Origin: Utricularia gibba
Taxonomy: Eukaryota > Plantae > Magnoliophyta
Direction of reading: 5' to 3'
Length of the DNA: 31,503 nucleotides
NCBI GenBank assembly: GCA_002189035.1
Contig: NEEC01000494.1
Coordinates: 1 to 31,503 of the forward strand
Shown here: piece after piece, positions 1 through 10,342 of the stretch
How positions within the stretch are numbered: the first letter of the stretch is position 1
How the letters are laid out: every line of letters begins with the position of its first letter
Notes under the pieces: generated by a model
Told to the model about the DNA's origin: nothing
The model's input: the letters and a program-made list of their open reading frames with translations, nothing else
Databases searched by the model: none
Made by a program: the position numbers and the translations under genes

Positions 1-530
1 CGTGGGGCAACGGTATCGAGCAGGAGGTCGAGTCGAGCTCGGGCCAGAGTCATTTGTAGCCCGGCAAAAAAATTGATGCATTTATTAACGTTGGCTTTAT
101 TAGGCTGCCTACATAGTTTCTCAAGGAAAAGCTTGTCGTTTTTTGGGCGGGTGATGTCGTTTGGAACTTCGTTCTGACCAAGGTTCGGTCTGACTCCTTT
201 GCCACATCGGGTCCTACTCGACGAAAATCGTGATGCAGTTATTGAAGTTAGGATTCATGAGCACCCAAAATGGTTTTCTCAACCGCATGCTTTTATTTGA
301 TAAGGCACTCTCGTGGGGCAACGGTATCGAGCAGGAGGTCGAGTCGAGCTCGGGCCCAGAGTCATTTGTAGCTCGGCAAAAAAAATTGATGCATTTATTA
401 ACGGTTGGTTTTAATAGGCTGCCTCAATGGTTTTCTCAAGGAAAAGCTTGTCGTTTTGGGCGGGTGATGTCGTTGGAACTTCGTTCTGACCAAGGTTCGT
501 CTGTCTCCTTTGCCAAATCTGGTCCTACTC

Positions 531-1768
531 GACGAAAATCGTGATGCAGTTATTGAAGTTAGGATTTCATGAGCACCAAAATGCTTTTGTCAATCGCATG
601 CTTTGTATTGAGGAGGCGCTCTAGTGGGGCACGGTATCGGGCAAAAGGTCGAGTCGGCTCGCTCCAGAGTCATTTTTAGCCTGTCAAAAAAATGATGCAT
701 TTATTAACGTTGGGTTTTAATAGGCTGCCTACATGGTTTCTCAAGGAAAAGCTTGTCGTTTCTGGGCGGGTGATGTCTTTTGGAACTTCGTTCTGACCAT
801 AGGTTCGGTCTGACTCCTTTGCCACATCGGGTCCTACTCGACGAAAATCGTGATGCAGTTATTGAAGTTAGGATTTCATGAGCACCCAAAATGGTTTTCT
901 CAACCGCATGCTTTATATTTGATAAGGTGCTCTCGTGGGGCAACGGTATCGAGTAGGAGGTCGAGTCGAGCTCGGGCCCATAGTCATTTGTAGCTCGGCA
1001 AAAAACTTGATGCATTTATTAACGGTTGGTTTTAATAGGCTGCCTCATGGTTTTCTCAAGGAAAAGCTTGTCGTTTTTGGGCGGTGATGTCGTTGTGAAC
1101 TTCGTTCTGACCCAAGGTTCGGTCTGTCTCCTTTGCCAAATCTGGTCCTACTCGACGAAAATCGTGATGCAGTTATTGAAGTTAGGATTTCATGAGCACC
1201 CAAAATGCTTTTCAACGCATGCTTTGTATTGAGGAGGCGCTCTAGTGGGGCACGGTATCGGGCAAAAGGTCGAGTCGGGCTCGCCCAGAGTCATTTTTTA
1301 GCCGAAAAAAAGTGATGCATTTATTAACGTTGGGTTTTAATAGGCTGCCTACATGGTTTCAAGGAAAAGCTTGTCGTTTCTGGGCGGGTGATGTCTTTTG
1401 GAACTTCGTTCTGACCATAGGTTCGGTCTGACTCCTTTGCCACATCGGGTCCTACTCGACGAAAATCGTGATGCAGTTATTGAAGTTAGGATTTCATGAG
1501 CACCCAAAATGGTTTTCTCAACCGCATGCTTTATATTTGATAAGGCTCTCGTGGGGCAACGGTATCGAGCAGGAGGTCGAGTCGAGCTCGGGCCCATAGT
1601 CATTTGTAGCTCGGCAAAAAACTTGATGCATTTATTAACGTTGGTTTTTAATAGGCTGCCTCAATGGTTTTCTCAAGGAAAAGCTTGTCGTTTTTGGGCG
1701 GGTGATGTCGTTGTGAACTTCGTTCTGACCAAGGTTCGGTCTGTCTCCTTTGCCATCTGGTCCTACTC
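531..1768. repeat. Higher-order dimer tract (Y-X)2, ~620-bp period
   Basis: Y monomers (531, 1154) carry ATGCTTTT, TTTGTATTGAGGAGG, CTAGTGG, GGGCAAAAGG and CCATAGG. X monomers (840, 1458) carry CCATAGTC, GCTCGG, AACTTGA, CCTCA(A)TGG, GTTGTG and CTGTCTCC. Confidence 0.85.
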
Positions 1769-2696
1769 GACGAAAATCGTGATGCAGTTATTGAAGTTAG
1801 GATTCATGAGCACCCAAAATGGTTTTCTCAACCGCATGCTTTATATTTGATAAGGCGCTCTCGTGGGGCAACGGTATCGAGCAGGAGGTCGAGTCGAGCT
1901 CGGCCCAGAGTCATTTGTAGCCCGGCAAAAAAATTGATGCATTTATTAACGTTGGTTTTATTAGGCTGCCTACATGTTTCTCAAGGAAAAGCTTGTCGTT
2001 TCTGGGCGGGTGATGTCTTGGAACTTCGTTCTGACCAAGGTTCGGTCTGACTCCTTTGCCACATCGGGTCCTACTCGACGAAAATCGTGATGCAGTTATT
2101 GAAGTTAGGATTCATGAGCACCCAAAATGGTTTTCTCAACCGCATGCTTTATATTTGATAAGGCACTCTCGTGGGGCAACGGTATCGAGCAGGAGGTCGA
2201 GTCGAGCTCGGGCCCAGAGTCATTTGTAGCCGGCAAAAAAATTGATGCATTTATTAACGTTGGTTTATTAGGCTGCCTACATAGTTTCTCAAGGAAAAGC
2301 TTGTCGTTTTTGGGCGGGTGATGTCGTTTGGAACTTCGTTCTGACCATAGGTTCGGTCTGACTCCTTTGCCACATCGGGTCCTACTCGACGAAAATCGTG
2401 ATGCAGTTATTGAAGTTAGGATTCATGAGCACCCAAAATGGTTTTCTCAACCGCATGCTTTATATTTGATAAGGCACTCTCGTGGGGCAACGGTATCGAG
2501 CAGGAGGTCGAGTCGAGCTCGGGCCAGAGTCATTTGTAGCCCGGCAAAAAAATTGATGCATTTATTAACGTTGGTTTTAATAGGCTGCCTCAAGGTTTCT
2601 CAAGGAAAAGCTTGTCGTTTTTGGGCGGGTGATGTCGTTGGAACTTCGTTCTGACCCAAGGTTCGGTCTGACTCCTTTGCCAAATCGGTCCTACTC

Positions 2697-4534
2697 GACG
2701 AAAATCGTGATGCAGTTATTGAAGTTAGGATTTCATGAGCACCCAAAATGGTTTTTCAACGCATGCTTTAGTTGAGGAGGCGCTCTCGTGGGGCAACGGT
2801 ATCGGGCAGAGGTCGAGTCGAGCTCCAGAGTCATTTTTAGCCGGCAAAAAAATTGATGCATTTATTAACGTTGGGTTTTAATAGGCTGCCTACATGGTTT
2901 CTCAAGGAAAAGCTTGTCGTTTCTGGGCGGGGTGATGTCTTTTGGAACTTCGTTCTGACCATAGGTTCGGTCTGACTCCTTTGCCACATCGGGTCCTACT
3001 CGACGAAAATCGTGATGCAGTTATTGAAGTTAGGATTTCATGAGCACCCAAAATGGTTTTTCAACCCATGCTTTATATTTGATAAGGCTCTCGTGGGGCA
3101 ACGGTATCGAGCAGGAGGTCGAGTCGAGCTCGGGCCCATAGTCATTTGTAGCCGGCAAAAAACTTGATGCATTTATTAACGTTGGTTTTTAATAGGCTGC
3201 GGTTTCTCAAGGAAAAGCTTGTCGTTTTTGGCGGGTGATGTCGTTGTGAACTTCGTTCTGACCCAAGGTTCGGTCTGTCTCCTTTGCCAAATCTGGTCCT
3301 ACTCGACGAAAATCGTGATGCAGTTATTGAAGTTAGGATTTCATGAGCACCCAAAATGCTTTTTCAATCGCATGCTTTGTAGTTGAGGAGGCGCTCTAGT
3401 GGGGCACGGTATCGGGCAAAAGGTCGAGTCGGGCTCGCCCAGAGTCATTTTTAGCCTGTCAAAAAAATGATGCATTTATTAACGTTGGGTTAATAGGCTG
3501 CCTACATGGTTTCTCAAGGAAAAGCTTGTCGTTTCTGGGCGGGTGATGTTTTGGAACTTCGTTCTGACCATAGGTTCGGTCTGACTCCTTTGCCACATCG
3601 GGTCCTACTCGACGAAAATCGTGATGCAGTTATTGAAGTTAGGATTTCATGAGCACCCAAAATGGTTTTCTCAACCGCATGCTTTATATTTGATAAGGCT
3701 CTCGTGGGGCAACGGTATCGAGTAGGAGGTCGAGTCGAGCTCGGGCCCATAGTCATTTGTAGCTCGGCAAAAAACTTGATGCATTTATTAACGTTGGTTT
3801 TAATAGGCTGCCTCAAGTTTTCTCAAGGAAAAGCTTGTCGTTTTTGGGCGGGTGATGTCGTTGTGAACTTCGTTCTGACCCAAGGTTCGGTCTGTCTCCT
3901 TTGCCAATCTGGTCCTACTCGACGAAAATCGTGATGCAGTTATTGAAGTTAGGATTTCATGAGCACCCAAAATGCTTTTTTCAATCGCATGCTTTATATT
4001 TGAGGAGGCGCTCTAGTGGGGCACGGTATCGGCAAAGGTCGAGTCGGGCTCGGCCCAGAGTCATTTGTAGCCCGCAAAAAAATTGATGCATTTATTAACG
4101 TTGGGTTTTAATAGGCTGCCTACATGGTTTCTCAAGGAAAAGCTTGTCGTTTCTGGCGGGTGATGTCTTTTGGAACTTCGTTCTGACCATAGGTTCGGTC
4201 TGACTCCTTTGCCACATCGGGTCCTACTCGACGAAAATCGTGATGCAGTTATTGAAGTTAGGATTTCATGAGCACCCAAAATGGTTTTCTCAACCGCATG
4301 CTTTATATTTGATAAGGTGCTCTCGTGGGGCAACGGTATCGAGCAGGAGGTCGAGTCGAGCTCGGGCCCATAGTCATTTGTAGCCGGCAAAAAAATTGAT
4401 GCATTTATTAACGTTGGTTTAATAGGCTGCCTGGTTTTCTCAAGGAAAAGCTTGTCGTTTTTGGGCGGGTGATGTCGTTGGAACTTCGTTCTGACCAAGG
4501 TTCGGTCTGTCTCCTTTGCCAATCGGTCCTACTC
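2697..4534. repeat. Higher-order dimer tract (Y-X)3, 608-616-bp period
   Basis: Y at 2697, 3305 and 3921 alternates with X at 3002, 3611 and 4230, using the same diagnostic variants. Confidence 0.85.
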
Positions 4535-5156
4535 GACGAAAATCGTGATGCAGTTATTGAAGTTAGGATTCATGAGCACCCAAAATGGTTTTCTCAACCG
4601 CATGCTTTATATTTGATAAGGCGCTCTCGTGGGGCAACGGTATCGAGCAGGAGGTCGAGTCGAGCTCGGGCCCAGAGTCATTTGTAGCCCGGCAAAAAAA
4701 TTGATGCATTTATTAACGTTGGTTTATTAGGCTGCCTACATGTTTCTCAAGGAAAAGCTTGTCGTTTTTGGGCGGGTGATGTCGTTTGGAACTTCGTTCT
4801 GACCATAGGTTCGGTCTGACTCCTTTGCCACATCGGGTCCTACTCGACGAAAATCGTGATGCAGTTATTGAAGTTAGGATTCATGAGCACCCAAAATGGT
4901 TTTCTCAACCGCATGCTTTATATTTGATAAGGCACTCTCGTGGGGCAACGGTATCGAGCAGGAGGTCGAGTCGAGCTCGGGCCAGAGTCATTTGTAGCCC
5001 GGCAAAAAAATTGATGCATTTATTAACGGTTGGTTTTAATAGGCTGCCTCAATGGTTTTCTCAAGGAAAAGCTTGTCGTTTTTGGGCGGGTGATGTCGTT
5101 GTGAACTTCGTTCTGACCAAGGTTCGGTCTGTCTCCTTTGCCAATCGGTCCTACTC

Positions 5157-5423
5157 GACGAAAATCGTGATGCAGTTATTGAAGTTAGGATTTCATGAGC
5201 ACCCAAAATGCTTTTTCAACGCATGCTTTGTATTTCTAACAACCACCGGTCGCAGAGTCATTTTTAGCCTTCAAAAATGATGCATTTATTAACGTTGGTT
5301 TTAATAGGCTGCCTACATGGTTTCTCAAGGAAAAGCTTGTCGTTTCTGGGCGGGTGATGTCTTTGGGAACTTCGTTCTGACCATAGGTTCGGTCTGACTC
5401 CTTTGCCACATCGGGTCCTACTC
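5157..5423. repeat. Shortest monomer (267 bp, Y class) with an internal replacement by non-repeat sequence
   Basis: TATTT-CTAACAACCACC-GGTCG-CAGAGTC (5231-5259) replaces the usual G-rich segment. Anchor spacing is 267 bp versus about 310 bp. Confidence 0.8.
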
Positions 5424-8182
5424 GACGAAAATCGTGATGCAGTTATTGAAGTTAGGATATCATGAGCACCCAAAATGGTTTTCTCAACCGCATGCTTTAT
5501 ATTTGATAAGGCACTCTCGTGGGCAACGGTATCGAGCAGGAGGTCGAGTCGAGCTCGGGCCCAGAGTCATTTGTAGCCCGGCAAAAAATTGATGCATTTA
5601 TTAACGTTGGTTTAATAGGCTGCCTACATGTTTCTCAAGGAAAAGCTTGTCGTTTCTGGGCGGGTGATGTCTTTTGGAACTTCGTTCTGACCATAGGTTC
5701 GGTCTGACTCCTTTGCCACATCGGTCCTACTCGACGAAAATCGTGATGCAGTTATTGAAGTTAGGATTCATGAGCACCCAAAATGGTTTTCTCAACCGCA
5801 TGCTTTATATTTGATAAGGCGCTCTCGTGGGGCAACGGTATCGAGCAGGAGGTCGAGTCGAGCTCGGGCCCATAGTCATTTGTAGCTCGGCAAAAAACTT
5901 GATGCATTTATTAACGTTGGTTTTAATAGGCTGCCTACATGGTTTTCTCAAGGAAAAGCTTGTCGTTTGGCGGGTGATGTCTTTTGGAACTTCGTTCTGA
6001 CCAAGGTTCGGTCTGACTCCTTTGCCACATCGGGTCCTACTCGACGAAAATCGTGATGCAGTTATTGAAGTTAGGATTCATGAGCACCCAAAATGGTTTT
6101 CTCAACCGCATGCTTTATATTTGATAAGGCACTCTCGTGGGGCAACGGTATCGAGCAGGAGGTCGAGTCGAGCTCGGGCCCAGAGTCATTTGTAGCCCGG
6201 CAAAAAATTGATGCATTTATTAACGTTCGGTTTATAGGCTGCCTACATAGTTTCTCAAGGAAAAGCTTGTCGTTTCTGGGCGGGTGATGTCTTTTGGAAC
6301 TTCGTTCTGACCAAGGTTCGGTCTGACTCCTTTGCCACATCGGGTCCTACTCGACGAAAATCGTGATGCAGTTATTGAAGTTAGGATTCATGAGCACCCA
6401 AAATGGTTTTCTTCAACCGCATGCTTTATATTTGATAAGGCTCTCGTGGGGCAACGGTATCGAGCAGGAGGTCGAGTCGAGCTCGGCCCAGAGTCATTTG
6501 TAGCCCGGCAAAAAAATTGATGCATTTATTAACGTTGGCTTTATTAGGCTGCCTACATAGTTTCTCAAGGAAAAGCTTGTCGTTTCTGGGCGGGTGATGT
6601 CTTTTGGAACTTCGTTCGACCAAGGTTCGTTCTGACTCCTTTGCCACATCGGTCCTACTCGACGAAAATCGTGATGCAGTTATTGAAGTTAGGATCATGA
6701 GCACCCAAAATGGTTTTCTCAACCGCATGCTTTATATTTGATAAGGCACTCTCGTGGGGCAACGGTATCGAGCAGGAGGTCGAGTCGAGCTCGGCCCAGA
6801 GTCATTTGTAGCCCGGCAAAAAAATTGATGCATTTATTAACGTTGGTTTATTAGGCTGCCTACATAGTTTCTCAAGGAAAAGCTTGTCGTTTCTGGCGGG
6901 TGATGTCGTTGGGAACTTCGTTCGACCCAAGGTTCGTCTGACTCCTTTGCCACATCGGGTCCTACTCGACGAAAATCGTGATGCAGTTATTGAAGTTAGG
7001 ATTTCATGAGCACCCAAAATGGTTTTCTCAACGCATGCTTTGTATTTGGAGGTCTAGTGGGGCAACGGTATCGGCAAGGTCGAGTCGGGCTCGCTCCAGA
7101 GTCATTTGTAGCCCGGCAAAAAATTGATGCATTTATTAACGTTGGGTTAATTAGGCTGCCTACATGTTTTCAAGGAAAAGCTTGTCGTTTCTGGCGGGTG
7201 ATGTCGTTGGGAACTTCGTTCTGACCCAAGGTTCGGTCTGACTCCTTTGCCACATCGGTCCTACTCGACGAAAATCGTGATGCAGTTATTGAAGTTAGGA
7301 TTCATGAGCACCCAAAATGGTTTTCTCAACCGCATGCTTTATATTTGATAGGCGCTCTCGTGGGGCAACGGTATCGAGTAGGAGGTCGAGTCGAGCTCGG
7401 GCCCATAGTCATTTGTAGCTCGGCAAAAAACTTGATGCATTTATTAACGTTGGTTTTAATAACTGCCTACATGTTTTCTCAAGGAAAAGCTTGTCGTTTT
7501 TGGCGGTGATGTCGTTGTGAACTTCGTTCTGACCCAAGTTCGTCTGACTCCTTTGCCACATCGGGTCCTACTCGACGAAAATCGTGATGCAGTTATTGAA
7601 GTTAGGATTCATGAGCACCCAAAATGGTTTTCTCAACCGCATGCTTTATATTTGATAAGGTGCTCTCGTGGGGCAACGGTATCGAGCAGGAGGTCGAGTC
7701 GAGCTCGGGCCCAGAGTCATTTGTAGCCCGGCAAAAATTGATGCATTTATTAACGTTTTTATAGGCTGCCTACATAGTTTCTCAAGGAAAAGCTTGTCGT
7801 TTCTGGCGGGTGATGTCGTTGGGAACTTCGTTCTGACCAAGGTTCGGTCTGACTCCTTTGCCACATCGGGTCCTACTCGACGAAAATCGTGATGCAGTTA
7901 TTGAAGTTAGGATCATGAGCACCCAAAATGGTTTTCTCAACCGCATGCTTTATATTTGATAGGCCTCTCGTGGGGCAACGGTATCGAGCAGGAGGTCGAG
8001 TCGAGCTCGGGCCCATAGTCATTTGTAGCCGGCAAAAAACTTGATGCATTTATTAACGTTGGGTTTTAATAGGCCCTACATGTTTCTCAAGGAAAAGCTT
8101 GTCGTTTCTGGCGGGTGATGTCGTTGGGAACTTCGTTCTGACCAAGGTTCGTCTGACTCCTTTGCCACATCGGGTCCTACTC

Positions 8183-10030
8183 GACGAAAATCGTGATGCA
8201 GTTATTGAAGTTAGGATTTCATGAGCACCCAAAATGGTTTTCTCAACCGCATGCTTTATATTTGATAAGGTGCTCTCGTGGGGCAACGGTATCGAGTAGG
8301 AGGTCGAGTCGAGCTCGGCCCATAGTCATTTTAGCTCGGCAAAAAACTTGATGCATTTATTAACGTTGGTTTTAATAGGCTGCCTAATGGTTTTCTCAAG
8401 GAAAAGCTTGTCGTTTTTGGGCGGTGATGTCGTTGTGAACTTCGTTCTGACCCAAGGTTCGGTCTGACTCCTTTGCCACATCTGGTCCTACTCGACGAAA
8501 ATCGTGATGCAGTTATTGAAGTTAGGATTTCATGAGCACCCAAAATGGTTTTCTCAACCGCATGCTTTATATTGATAGGCGCTCTCGTGGGGCAACGGTA
8601 TCGAGCAAAAGGTCGAGTCGAGCTCGGCCCAGAGTCATTTGTAGCCGGCAAAAAATTGATGCATTTATTAACGTTGGGTTTAATAGGCTGCCTACATGGT
8701 TTCTCAAGGAAAAGCTTGTCGTTTCTGGGCGGGTGATGTCTTTTGGAACTTCGTTCTGACCATAGGTTCGGTCTGACTCCTTTGCCACATCGGGTCCTAC
8801 TCGACGAAAATCGTGATGCAGTTATTGAAGTTAGGATTTCATGAGCACCCAAAATGGTTTTCTCAACCGCATGCTTTATATTTGATAAGGCGCTCTCGTG
8901 GGGCAACGGTATCGAGCAGGAGGTCGAGTCGAGCTCGGGCCATAGTCATTTGTAGCTCGGCAAAAAAACTTGATGCATTTATTAACGTTGGTTTTAATAG
9001 GCTGCCTCATTTCTCAAGGAAAAGCTTGTCGTTTTTGGGCGGGTGATGTCGTTGTGAACTTCGTTCTGACCCAAGGTTCGGTCTGACTCCTTTGCCAAAT
9101 CGGTCCTACTCGACGAAAATCGTGATGCAGTTATTGAAGTTAGGATTTCATGAGCACCCAAAATGCTTTTCTCAACGCATGCTTTATTTGAGGAGGCGCT
9201 CTAGTGGGGCACGGTATCGAGCAAAAGGTCGAGTCGAGCTCGCCCAGAGTCATTTGTAGCCGGCAAAAAATTGATGCATTTATTAACGTTGGGTTTATAG
9301 GCTGCCTACATGTTTCTCAAGGAAAAGCTTGTCGTTTCTGGCGGGTGATGTCTTTTGGAACTTCGTTCTGACCATAGGTTCGGTCTGACTCCTTTGCCAC
9401 ATCGGGTCCTACTCGACGAAAATCGTGATGCAGTTATTGAAGTTAGGATTTCATGAGCACCCAAAATGGTTTTCTCAACCGCATGCTTTATATTTGATAA
9501 GGCTCTCGTGGGGCAACGGTATCGAGTAGGAGGTCGAGTCGAGCTCGGGCCCATAGTCATTTGTAGCTCGGCAAAAAACTTGATGCATTTATTAACGTTG
9601 GTTTTAATAGGCTGCCTCAATGGTTTCTCAAGGAAAAGCTTGTCGTTTTTGGGCGGGTGATGTCGTTGGAACTTCGTTCTGACCCAAGGTTCGGTCTGAC
9701 TCCTTTGCCAAATCGGTCCTACTCGACGAAAATCGTGATGCAGTTATTGAAGTTAGGATTTCATGAGCACCCAAAATGGTTTTCAACGCATGCTTTGTAT
9801 TGATAGGCGCTCTCGTGGGGCAACGGTATCGGGCAGGAGGTCGAGTCGAGCTCGCCCAGAGTCATTTGTAGCCGGCAAAAAAATGATGCATTTATTAACG
9901 TTGGGTTTTAATAGGCTGCCTACATGGTTTCTCAAGGAAAAGCTTGTCGTTTCTGGGCGGTGATGTCTTTTTGGAACTTCGTTCTGACCATAGGTTCGGT
10001 CTGACTCCTTTGCCACATCGGGTCCTACTC
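8183..10030. repeat. Higher-order dimer tract (X-Y)3
   Basis: X at 8183, 8803 and 9415 alternates with Y or Y-like monomers at 8494 (weak), 9112 and 9725. Confidence 0.75.
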
Positions 10031-10065
10031 GACGAAAATCGTGATGCAGTTATTGAAGTTAGGAT
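10022..10065 (+). other. 44-bp near-invariant core of the monomer (example copy)
   Basis: GTCCTACTCGACGAAAATCGTGATGCAGTTATTGAAGTTAGGAT appears identical by eye in 100 of 102 copies. The two exceptions are small deletions (one A near 13736-13739; AT near 21170). Confidence 0.8.
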
Positions 10066-10186
10066 TCATGAGCACCCAAAATGGTTTTCTCAACCGCATG
10101 CTTTATATTTGATAAGGCACTCTCGTGGGGCAACGGTATCGAGCAGGAGGTCGAGTCGAGCTCGGGCCCAGAGTCATTTGTAGCCC
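10031..10186 (+). repeat. Subrepeat A (156 bp) of the monomer
   Basis: Begins GACGAAAATCGTGATGCAGTTATTGAAGTT and aligns without gaps to subrepeat B at an offset of exactly 156 bp (TGATGCA boxes at 10042 and 10198). Confidence 0.85.
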
Positions 10187-10342
10187 GGCAAAAAAATTGA
10201 TGCATTTATTAACGTTCGGCTTTATTAGGCTGCCTACATAGTTTCTCAAGGAAAAGCTTGTCGTTTCTGGGCGGGTGATGTCTTTGGAACTTCGTTCTGA
10301 CCAAGGTTCGGTCTGACTCCTTTGCCACATCGGGTCCTACTC
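10187..10342 (+). repeat. Subrepeat B (156 bp) of the monomer
   Basis: Begins GGCAAAAAAATTGATGCATTTATTAACGTT. Consensus A versus consensus B gives 39/57 identities ungapped over the first 57 nt, then CTCAA and GCTT match after one gap. Confidence 0.85.

Larger units (their letters stand above)
10031..10342 (+). repeat. Representative full-length monomer (312 bp, W class)
   Basis: Runs from GACGAAAATC at 10031 to the base before the next anchor at 10343. Contains single BspHI (TCATGA), SphI (GCATGC), SacI (GAGCTC), ApaI (GGGCCC), NsiI (ATGCAT), AclI (AACGTT) and HindIII (AAGCTT) sites. Confidence 0.95.

Noticed and set aside
10029-10044. Hairpin TCGACGA-AAA-TCGTGA in the invariant core
   Set aside because: It has a 4-bp perfect stem plus 2 bp after a bulge, which is too weak to call and expected by chance. 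It is not a terminator.
10050-10070. Telomeric repeat tract
   Set aside because: Only isolated degenerate motifs occur (GTTAGGA, ATTAGGC, AATAGGC). There is no tandem TTTAGGG or TTAGG array in the window.
10115-10170. G-quadruplex in the G-rich part of subrepeat A
   Set aside because: It lacks four closely spaced runs of three or more G. Only weak two-tetrad arrangements are possible.
10031-10342. Homology to grass centromeric satellites CentC/CentO (156-bp halves; CGTGGGGCAACG and GGCAAAAAACT resemble motifs I recall from CentC)
   Set aside because: Only two short motifs match, their spacing differs by about 40 bp from my recollection of CentC, and that recollection is unverified. This is probably coincidental; a profile alignment would settle it.
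10031-10342. Enrichment of 6-bp palindromes (seven restriction sites per monomer)
   Set aside because: About five are expected by chance in 312 bp (312/64), so seven is unremarkable.
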